In this document: piece after piece, positions 24,304 through 31,393 of the stretch | Layout: each line of letters starts with the position of its first letter | Position numbering within the stretch: position 1 is the first letter of the stretch | NCBI GenBank assembly: GCA_032128015.1 | Contig: JAQBHE010000174.1 | Span: 1 to 34,817 of the forward strand | Length of the DNA stretch: 34,817 bases | From: Holophagae bacterium | GTDB lineage: Bacteria; Acidobacteriota; Thermoanaerobaculia; Multivoradales; Multivoraceae | Direction of reading: 5' to 3' | Position numbers and translations under genes: made by a program | The notes under the pieces: model-generated | Database searches by the model: none | What the model saw: only the letters and a program-made list of their open reading frames with translations | What the model was told of the DNA's origin: nothing

Positions 24304-25772
24304 ATCGACTCGCATCCGAACGCCCCGACCTGCTGCTCGCTCACGGCTACTGCCTGGTCGAGGATGAGCTCGAGCGGCGGATCATGAAGCCGTACCCACC
24401 CCTGGGATTGCTCTACCTCTCGTCGCACCTCAAGCGCGCCGGGATGTCGGTCGAGGTGTTCGATTCGACCTTCCGGTCGCGGTCGGAGTTCGAGCAGGTG
24501 CTCGAGGCAAGACGACCTCGGGTGGTCGGGCTCTCCGCCAACCTGATGACCAAGTTCAACGTCTTGAGAATGATCGAGCAGTGCCGTCGTGCCGGGATCC
24601 CGACCATCCTCGGTGGGCCGGAGCCCGCGCAATACGCCCAAGAGTACCTGGACTTCGGCGTCGATGTCGTGGTGGTGGGCGAGGGCGAGTTGACGCTCGA
24701 AGAGATCGTGCCACGGCTGAGCGCGGGCGGCGCCGCGAGTGTCGCCGGGACTCCCGGAGTGATCGTCGCCGATGGCCTGGGCGGGCTGGTGAACGGTGGT
24801 CCCCGGAAGCTGATCGGCGATCTCTCCGGCCAGCCCTGGCCCGACCGCGAGGCGATCGATTGCGACCGCTACCTCGAGGTGTGGAAGCGCCACCATGGCA
24901 AGGGCTCCCTGTCGCTGATCACCGCGCGTGGGTGTCCGTACACCTGTGCCTGGTGCAGCCATTCGGTCTACGGACGAAGCTACCGGCGACGGGCGGCGTC
25001 GGATGTCGCCGACGAGATCCAGTGGCTCCTGGGTCGCTACGCTCCCGATCAGCTGTGGTTCGCCGACGATGTCTTCACCTTGGATCGTCGTTTCATCCTC
25101 GAGCTTGCTGGCGAGCTCGAACGACGCGCGATCCGCATTCCCTTCGAATGCATCAGTCGCGCCGACCGGATCGATCCGGAGGTGGTCGAGGCGCTGGTCG
25201 GGCTCGGGTGCTGGCGACTGTGGATCGGGTCCGAGAGCGGGTCCCAGCGCATCCTCGACCGAATGCAGCGGCGGACTGCTGTCGAAGACGTTCGAGCGAA
25301 GGCCCGCCTGCTCCAGGCCGCCGGAATCGAGGTCGGGATGTTCATCATGCTCGGCTACGACGGCGAGGAGGCCTCCGATATCGCGGCGACCATCGAGCAT
25401 CTCAAAGCCTGCGCGCCCGATGTCTATCTGACGACCGTTGCCTATCCGATCAAAGGCACTTCCTACTACGACGAGGTTGCCGGCGCGATCCGCACCGATC
25501 GCCCGTGGGCGCAGCGTACCGATCGCGATCTGCGGATCGAGGGTCGCCATTCGGCGCGCTACTACCACAACGCGGTGCGTTGGATCGAGGGCAGCGTCGC
25601 CCTGCACCGGGCGAGTCAGAGCGGGCGGCTCCCTTCCATCGAGCGGCTCCAATCCTGGCTGAAGACGATGCACGGGCGGATCGGGATGAGGCTCGCGCGC
25701 GCAGAAACCGAGGTCGGGAAGGCGAGTGGCCGGGGCTGGCGGCCGGCGGACCGAACAGGTGTGGGATGGTGA
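24300..25772 (+). CDS. B12-binding-domain radical SAM enzyme (class B), copy 2, clearly paralogous to copy 1.
   Basis: Family segments are YPPLGLLYLSSHLKRAGMSVEVFD and ILGGPEP. The motif RGCPYTCAWC has Cys codons at 24933, 24945 and 24954. It also has GCWRLWIGSESGSQRILDRMQR. The ATG overlaps the copy 1 stop (ATGA at 24300-24303). Confidence 0.9.
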   Translation: MNRLASERPDLLLAHGYCLVEDELERRIMKPYPPLGLLYLSSHLKRAGMSVEVFDSTFRSRSEFEQVLEARRPRVVGLSANLMTKFNVLRMIEQCRRAGIPTILGGPEPAQYAQEYLDFGVDVVVVGEGELTLEEIVPRLSAGGAASVAGTPGVIVADGLGGLVNGGPRKLIGDLSGQPWPDREAIDCDRYLEVWKRHHGKGSLSLITARGCPYTCAWCSHSVYGRSYRRRAASDVADEIQWLLGRYAPDQLWFADDVFTLDRRFILELAGELERRAIRIPFECISRADRIDPEVVEALVGLGCWRLWIGSESGSQRILDRMQRRTAVEDVRAKARLLQAAGIEVGMFIMLGYDGEEASDIAATIEHLKACAPDVYLTTVAYPIKGTSYYDEVAGAIRTDRPWAQRTDRDLRIEGRHSARYYHNAVRWIEGSVALHRASQSGRLPSIERLQSWLKTMHGRIGMRLARAETEVGKASGRGWRPADRTGVGW

Positions 25773-25793
25773 GCGATGGGATGGTGAGCCGAT
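25763..25793 (+). repeat. Tandem duplication (15 + 16 nt) at the junction of radical SAM copies 2 and 3.
   Basis: GGGATGGTGAGCGAT is followed by GGGATGGTGAGCCGAT. The first copy holds the copy 2 stop (25770-25772) and the second ends at the copy 3 ATG (25792). Confidence 0.6.
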
Positions 25794-27291
25794 GAGCGCA
25801 AGAACGTCGCCGCCGAACGTGATCCTGTTCAATCCACGATCTTCGGCCAATGCAAAACCGATCCTGCCGATGTCTTTGCTCGCGCTCGGTGCTGTGCTCG
25901 AGAATCGGGTCGAGTACCGTATCGTCGACGGCAACCTCGAGCAGGATCCCGGCTCGGCGCTCGACGCCCTCATCCGGAGTCTCGATGGCGAGGTGCTCCT
26001 CGGTGTGACCGTGATGCCCGGGCCTCAGCTCGAGCAGGCGACCGCGATCTGTCGTGAGTTGAAGCGGCGCCACCCCAGGTTGATCGTGATCTGGGGCGGC
26101 TACTTTCCTACCGAGCACTGGCAGGCTTGCCTGCGGTCCGGCTTCGTCGACTTCGTCCTGCGCGGACACGCCGAGTACTCGTTCGCCGAGCTGATCGACA
26201 GGATTCGAGACGGCGCCGATCCGCGGGGTGTCGCCGGTCTGGCGATGGTCGTGGCCGGTAGCGAGCCAGTGAGCGAGCCGATGGCGCCAGTACCTGCCCC
26301 CGAGGAGCTTCCCCAGTGGAATCTCGCGAAGGTGCCGATGGAAAGCTACCTGCGCCGGACCTTCCTCGGCGCACGCACGATCGGCTACAACTCTTCCTAT
26401 GGTTGTCCCTTTCGTTGCAACTTCTGCGCGGTGGTCAACCTGGTCGACGGCCGATGGCTGGCCCAGTCGCCGGGGCGGGTGGCGGCAGCCGTCGAGCGGT
26501 ATCGGTCTGGTTGGGGCGTCGACGCGGTCGAGATGGTCGACAACAACTTCTTCGTCCACGAGCGGCGGACCCGCGAATTCGCCGAACGCATCCGCGACCT
26601 CGGGGTCTCATGGTGGGGCGAGGCGCGGGTCGACACCTTGCTGCAGTACTCGGATCGCACCTGGATGACGATGAAGGAATCGGGACTGCGCATGGTGTTT
26701 CTCGGCGCCGAGTCAGGGTCCGCAGAAACCCTCGAGCGGATGGACAAGGGGGGTCGCCTGACGCCGGAGATGACAATCGAGCTCGCCCAGCGCATGCGAA
26801 GCCTCGGCGTCGTGCCCGAGTTCTCGTTCGTCTTGGGCTCGCCGCCCGATCCGGTCGGCGACGTCGAGTGCACGCTGCGCTTCGTTCGCCGGCTCAAGAA
26901 GGTCAACCCGGATGCCGAGATCATCTTGTACTTGTATACTCCGGTGCCGCTCTCCGGCGATCTACTGGACCGGGCCGTGGAGGCGGGGTTTCGCTTCCCC
27001 GAGACGCTCGACGAATGGGTGTCGCCGCGCTGGTCCGACTTCTCGCAACGCCGTAGCGACGGACTGCCCTGGATCCCTGCGGAGCTGCGGCGCAAAATCC
27101 GCGACTTCGAAAGCGTGCTCGCGGCCTACTATCCGACGACCACCGACGCCCGTCTTCGTGGCGTCTGGCGCGCGGCACTGCGGCTGCTTTCAGGTTGGAG
27201 GTACCGGCACGAGGTCTACGGGTTCCCGCTGGAGCTCAGATTCCTGCAGCGGTTGATGCGCTACCAGCGCCCGGAGGTCTCGGGGTTCTAG
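25792..27291 (+). CDS. B12-binding-domain radical SAM enzyme (class B), copy 3, more divergent.
   Basis: Family segments are ILPMSLLALGAVLE...YRIVDGN and IVIWGGYFPT. The motif YGCPFRCNFC has Cys codons at 26404, 26416 and 26425. It also has VFLGAESGSAETLERMDKG. Confidence 0.85.
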   Translation: MSARTSPPNVILFNPRSSANAKPILPMSLLALGAVLENRVEYRIVDGNLEQDPGSALDALIRSLDGEVLLGVTVMPGPQLEQATAICRELKRRHPRLIVIWGGYFPTEHWQACLRSGFVDFVLRGHAEYSFAELIDRIRDGADPRGVAGLAMVVAGSEPVSEPMAPVPAPEELPQWNLAKVPMESYLRRTFLGARTIGYNSSYGCPFRCNFCAVVNLVDGRWLAQSPGRVAAAVERYRSGWGVDAVEMVDNNFFVHERRTREFAERIRDLGVSWWGEARVDTLLQYSDRTWMTMKESGLRMVFLGAESGSAETLERMDKGGRLTPEMTIELAQRMRSLGVVPEFSFVLGSPPDPVGDVECTLRFVRRLKKVNPDAEIILYLYTPVPLSGDLLDRAVEAGFRFPETLDEWVSPRWSDFSQRRSDGLPWIPAELRRKIRDFESVLAAYYPTTTDARLRGVWRAALRLLSGWRYRHEVYGFPLELRFLQRLMRYQRPEVSGF

Positions 27292-27350
27292 ACGAGGGTT
27301 GGGACCCAGCAGGCTCGGGGGTCGGGTTGAGGCTTCCTGTCATCGAAGCG

Positions 27351-28046
27351 CTACCTCTCGGCGCTCAGCCGGTAGATCGTGATGAACTCGCTCACCAGGT
27401 TGGCGCGGTGGACAGCCGCGGTCTCGAGCCCGGCATCTCGGAAGCTCCTGAGGAACCCCGTTTCGTCTCCGTCCGAGGACAGCAGCACGAAGCCTCGGCC
27501 GTGGTCGACGAGGTGCTGTTGGAGTCCGGCCGCGAAGCGGTCCCGGATATCTGTGGCGAAGAAGGCCCGCTCGGTCATGGTGGTCGGCTCGCGACGGAAG
27601 TAAGGCGGGCTGAACAGGACGACCTCGAACCGCTCGCCCGACACTGGCTCATAGAGGTCGCCGTGGCGTACGTCCATCCGGTGCTCGACGCGGTTGAGCA
27701 GCGCGTTGACGCGCGCGCAACGAACCGCGTCCTTGCTGATGTCGGTGGCGACCACCCGCTGGCAGACCGTGGCGAGGCGGGTCGCGAGGATCCCTGAACC
27801 GGTGCCGATCTCGAGCGCCGTGGCGCCCGCGGCCTCGAGTGCCCGGAGCTCCCCGTTTGGATGCAGCTCTCGCTCAATCCAGCGGAGAAAAACGGGTGTC
27901 GTTCGATAGAGCGCTGGGTGAAAGACGCCGGGTAGGACCACCAGCTTGAGTCCGCCGAAGTTCTCGAGCACCACACGCTTTGCGCGTTGCCGCTGGAACA
28001 GCACGTAGCGCGCGGTCAGCAACGTGCGCCAGAGCAGTCGCTTCAA
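27351..28046 (-). CDS. Class I SAM methyltransferase, HemK/PrmC-like small-domain type.
   Basis: Motif I is ALEIGTGSGILATRLA, followed by VVATDIS. Motif IV is the variant FSPPY (an NPPY-type motif). PGVFHP lies upstream. Confidence 0.8.
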   Translation of the reverse strand: MKRLLWRTLLTARYVLFQRQRAKRVVLENFGGLKLVVLPGVFHPALYRTTPVFLRWIERELHPNGELRALEAAGATALEIGTGSGILATRLATVCQRVVATDISKDAVRCARVNALLNRVEHRMDVRHGDLYEPVSGERFEVVLFSPPYFRREPTTMTERAFFATDIRDRFAAGLQQHLVDHGRGFVLLSSDGDETGFLRSFRDAGLETAAVHRANLVSEFITIYRLSAER

Positions 28047-28081
28047 GGTCTCTCCGGCCGCGCTCGTGGCGACGGTGTATC

Positions 28082-28264
28082 TAGCCCGGACTATTCATGA
28101 ACGACCTACTACGGCCGCGCATTCATCCCACCTGGCGGGCGTCCTCGGCCCTCGGCTCCTGCGACGTACTGCGAGTACGACTCGGAGCACTCGAGGCCTG
28201 CGGGTGCCCGCCACCTGGGCGACTGCGCGCCCTCGCTGCGTTCCTTCATGAATAATCCGGGCTA
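28082..28264. repeat. 183-bp imperfect palindromic intergenic element with 20-bp AT-rich terminal inverted repeats.
   Basis: The left terminus TAGCCCGGACTATTCATGAA (28082-28101) pairs with the right terminus TTCATGAATAATCCGGGCTA (28245-28264) at 19 of 20 positions. There are nested inner arms (cccacctggcgggc / gcccgccacctggg, 12 of 14 paired). A central hairpin CGTACT-gcg-AGTACG (28165-28179) is centred on the same axis near 28172. Confidence 0.7.
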
Positions 28265-29785
28265 CTAGTACGAGGTGGTGACGCCGCTGGCGACGCGCTC
28301 TGGAGTGAGGCGGTCGAGATGAGGCCGGCGTGGTTGGTTCCCGCCGCCAACGTCGGGGTCGGTGGTCGCAGTCTCGTGGTGCTGAAGGTCGACGTTGACC
28401 GACCAGATGTCGTAGTTGGCGCCGGCGAGGTTGCGGGCCGCATAGATGCCGGTCAGCATCGAATGGTCTTGGTTGTTGTAGCGGTGCTGGCCGTTGCGAC
28501 CCATCAGTTGAAGGTTGGAAAAGCTCCGCAAGTAGGGCAACATTCGAGAAAGCACGTCGCGGTAGCGGTGGTCGTAGACCGGATAGGCCTTGGGTACTCG
28601 CACCACCACCGAATCGATCACCTCACTCGCGTCCACGAGTCCGAGCGCCTGGAGCTCGCGGGCGCCGAGCGCGGCCAGTTCTTGGTCGGTCTTGCCGAGC
28701 AGCTCGTCGTGCTCGTGAACGAAGTATTCGAGCCCGAGCGAAGTTCGCGAGGGGTCGGGAACCATCGCCTCGCTCCAGTTCTTGAAGTTCTGGATGCGGC
28801 CGACCCTGACCTCCGGGGAGTGCACGTAGAGCCAGTTGTCGGGAAAGACTCGCGGCCGATCGACGATCAGCACGACCGCTAGGAAATCACGATAACGCAG
28901 CTGGCGGGCGGCGGCGCGCACCGCGCCCGGGGGTGCTGGGTCCAGGCAACCGACGAGGGCCTGAAGCGGCATCGAACAAAGCACCTGGTCGACGTCGAGC
29001 GTGGAGAGCTCGCCGCCGCGATCGACGGTCAGCCGGGTGACTCTGCGGCCGCTGTGGTGGTCGCTGTGGTGGAGCTTGAGCACTCGGGTCCCGGTCCAAG
29101 TCGGCACCCCGGAGCGCTCGAGACGGGCTCGGCAGCTCTCCCACATCATGCCGGGTCCAAGACGGGGATAGAGGAAGCGGTCGATCAGCGTTGTCACGAT
29201 CGCTCCGTCGCCTACGGCTCCGGTTCGCGTGAAGGCGTTTCTCAAGGCGGCCGCGAGATCGAGGTTCTTGATTCGCTGCGCTGCCCAGTCGGAGCTGATC
29301 TCGTGGCAGGGCATGCCCCAAACCTTCTCGGTATAGGACTTGAAGAAGATCTCGTAGAGCCGACGGCCGAAGCGGTTGATCACCCAGGATTCGAAGTCGG
29401 GCTCTTCGGGCAGAGGAGCGAGGCGGGCGCGCAGGTAGCTCAACAGGATGCGGCAGGCTTCGAACGGTCCGAGCCCGAGGACGGCGTTGAGCGGCCGCAG
29501 GGGATAGTCGAAGTAACGTCCCCGATAGTAGATCCGAGACAGCCGTTGGATCTCGAGCAGATCGGCGCCAAGCAACTCCCTCCAGATGTCCTCGACGAGC
29601 GGCGCTTTGGTGAAGAACCGGTGGCCACCGATGTCGAACCGGTAGCCTTTGTACTCGACGGTCCGCGCGAGCCCGCCGACGGTCGAGTCCTGTTCGAGGA
29701 CAATCGCTGGGCGCCCCAGCCTGGAGAGCTCGAGCGCTGCGGTCAGTCCGGCAGGCCCCGCGCCGATGATGAAGGTCTTGTCCAC
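28265..29785 (-). CDS. FAD/NAD(P)-binding oxidoreductase (COG1232-like, UDP-galactopyranose mutase / amine-oxidase-like fold).
   Basis: The N-terminal dinucleotide motif is FIIGAGPAGLTAALEL...VLEQDSTVGGLAR. Further segments are YRFDIGGHRFF, FFKSYTEKVWG and DWAAQRIK. Confidence 0.85.
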   Translation of the reverse strand: MDKTFIIGAGPAGLTAALELSRLGRPAIVLEQDSTVGGLARTVEYKGYRFDIGGHRFFTKAPLVEDIWRELLGADLLEIQRLSRIYYRGRYFDYPLRPLNAVLGLGPFEACRILLSYLRARLAPLPEEPDFESWVINRFGRRLYEIFFKSYTEKVWGMPCHEISSDWAAQRIKNLDLAAALRNAFTRTGAVGDGAIVTTLIDRFLYPRLGPGMMWESCRARLERSGVPTWTGTRVLKLHHSDHHSGRRVTRLTVDRGGELSTLDVDQVLCSMPLQALVGCLDPAPPGAVRAAARQLRYRDFLAVVLIVDRPRVFPDNWLYVHSPEVRVGRIQNFKNWSEAMVPDPSRTSLGLEYFVHEHDELLGKTDQELAALGARELQALGLVDASEVIDSVVVRVPKAYPVYDHRYRDVLSRMLPYLRSFSNLQLMGRNGQHRYNNQDHSMLTGIYAARNLAGANYDIWSVNVDLQHHETATTDPDVGGGNQPRRPHLDRLTPERVASGVTTSY

Positions 29786-29898
29786 GGCCCGGGTCTTCGT
29801 ATGCGTGAGTTCCCGAGCTGCGCGACCGCAGGGATCCTATCGTGGCCGGAGCGAGATCGATCGGCGGGCGACCGCGCGGTGGCCGCCGAAATGATCCG

Positions 29899-30240
29899 TC
29901 ATCGCGCTTTCGCCGCGGCCACTGCGAAAGCGTCAAAGTATCGTTGCAGGGTGACTTCGGTCGAGCCGAACTGGTTCGGGCCCACGAGAAAATCCAGCAA
30001 CACTTCCCGCACTCTGCAGATCTCGCGCAGGCGAGCGACCGACGCACGATGGCGCGGGTCGTCGAGAGTGAGGTCGATCAGTTCCAGGGCGCGCACCATG
30101 GCCCCCTCGGCAATCCGGGGATTGCGGGATCGCCACTTCAGCGTCCGGCTGACCTCACTGCCGACGTTTCCGAGCTGCTCGGCCAGCGTGAACGCATGCC
30201 ACCGGTCGGGGGTCATCCCGCTGTGCTTCATATCGGTCAT
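29899..30240 (-). CDS. Conserved-looking hypothetical protein (113 aa), translationally coupled to the DUF5674 gene.
   Basis: An ATG at 30240 overlaps the upstream stop (ATGA at 30237-30240). The sequence is helical-looking (...WHAFTLAEQLGNVGSEVSRTLKW...MVRALELIDLTLDD...). No family was confidently recognised. Confidence 0.55.
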   Translation of the reverse strand: MTDMKHSGMTPDRWHAFTLAEQLGNVGSEVSRTLKWRSRNPRIAEGAMVRALELIDLTLDDPRHRASVARLREICRVREVLLDFLVGPNQFGSTEVTLQRYFDAFAVAAAKAR

Positions 30241-30584
30241 CGGCGCACCAACTCGCGGACCAGGGTGGCGAGTCTCTGCTGTGTCGCCGGATCGTCGACG
30301 CTGCGGGACCGGTTGCCGAAGGAAGGGCGGAGGTTGATCAGGGCATCGAATTCGAGCCACTCGCTCTCCGCCAAGTCTGGATAGAGGTTGACCCCCCACA
30401 GGTTCCGCTGTTGGGAGCCGTCGGCCAGAAGCTCCGCCTCCTCGTCGGCGTGCAAATCCGCGTCGACGATCATGATCCGTCGCTCCAGATCGATCACGGC
30501 TTTGATCAGATCCCCGAAGCGCTCGACTGCCAGGTGGCGCAGCTCGTCGAGGGCAATCGGATCTTGCTCGGTCACGGCTCTCAC
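30237..30584 (-). CDS. DUF5674 family protein.
   Basis: It matches the family pattern FGDLIKAVIDLERRIMIVDADLHADEEAELLADGSQQRNLWGVNLYPD...LEFDALINLRPSFGNRSRSVDDP. A GTG start at 30584 (or 30575) is preferred over the tracked 30671. Confidence 0.75.
   Translation of the reverse strand: MRAVTEQDPIALDELRHLAVERFGDLIKAVIDLERRIMIVDADLHADEEAELLADGSQQRNLWGVNLYPDLAESEWLEFDALINLRPSFGNRSRSVDDPATQQRLATLVRELVRR
30408..30449 (+). repeat. Repeat R1, copy B, inside the intact DUF5674 gene.
   Basis: It is 40/42 identical to 11591..11632 in the same orientation. Confidence 0.85.
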
Positions 30585-30688
30585 GAGCCCAAGACCGTAG
30601 CATGACGATTGACGTGGAACGGCTGCGCGGACGGATCGGCTTCGTAGATCCGTCGGACCATTAGCGCCCACAGGCGACGGAACCTGCG

Positions 30689-30737
30689 CCTCGCCAAGCT
30701 GTTTCTCCCGGAGGACGGAAGCGCCTCGAAGTCGTGA
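30689..30737 (+). pseudogene. VapC-like N-terminal remnant (includes repeat R2 copy B, 30689..30723).
   Basis: It translates as ...LRLAKLFLPEDGSASKS*, against the intact VapC ASALAKLFLPEEGSEDL. It is 34/35 nt identical to 11990..12024. A possible C-terminal PIN remnant (ASVGASEPIKRDRGLAGRRAKPL, about 30765-30833) follows in the same frame. Confidence 0.5.
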
Positions 30738-30848
30738 TATATCCCGTCGCTACAGACCGGACTTGCTTCGGTCGGCGCCAGCGAGCCGATCAAGCGTGAC
30801 CGCGGACTTGCTGGACGTCGCGCGAAGCCGCTGGCAGAGTCGACGATC

Positions 30849-31382
30849 GTGGGCGCCCGAGGGATTGACTTGAGCCACATCTACATCACCGGCCTGTTCC
30901 AGATGCCGAACCACGTTCGAGAGCTCGAGCCTTCTCATCTGATCTCGATCATCCAGCCCGAGTTTCAGCCGCAGACGCCTCCGGAGATCGCGGTCGGATG
31001 TCACCTGAGAGTCGCGGTCCACGATGTCTCCGAGCACGACGGCTTCAGCATCCTCGCGCAAGGCCAGGACGTGCGCCAGTTGATCGAATTTGCCGAAGCG
31101 TGGAGCCCGCGAGCGGGCAGCCTGTTGATTCATTGCTACGCCGGGGTTTCGCGCTCGACCGCCGCGGCGCTCATCGCCCACGTCCTCAAGACCGGCAACC
31201 CGGCCGCCTCGGCCCGTGCGCTCCGCCAGGCTGCGCCGTACGCGATTCCCAATCGACGAATCATCGCCCTTGCCGACGAGGAGCTCGGACTCCGAGGCAA
31301 GCTGTCGACCGCCGTCGAGCTCTTGGGGCCGCCGACGGTGTGGCTCGAAGAAGAAGTCCTCGCCGACTTGGAGCTCTCGTAG
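30849..31382 (+). CDS. Cys-based protein phosphatase (COG5350-like tyrosine/dual-specificity phosphatase).
   Basis: The CX5R active-site loop HCYAGVSRS lies at 31131-31157. The family usually starts near ...IYI..L, so a TTG at 30870 is an alternative start. Confidence 0.75.
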   Translation: MGARGIDLSHIYITGLFQMPNHVRELEPSHLISIIQPEFQPQTPPEIAVGCHLRVAVHDVSEHDGFSILAQGQDVRQLIEFAEAWSPRAGSLLIHCYAGVSRSTAAALIAHVLKTGNPAASARALRQAAPYAIPNRRIIALADEELGLRGKLSTAVELLGPPTVWLEEEVLADLELS

Positions 31383-31393
31383 CAAAAGGAGGT

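Noticed and set aside
24201-25973. A 590-aa ORF antisense to radical SAM copy 2.
   Set aside because: It has no motifs and is entirely antisense to a well-supported gene. Long antisense ORFs are expected at this GC content.
27292-27350. A possible bidirectional terminator between the convergent radical SAM copy 3 and methyltransferase genes (GACCC-agcaggctcgg-GGGTC).
   Set aside because: The stem is only 5 bp with an 11-nt loop and no T or A tract. That is too weak to call.
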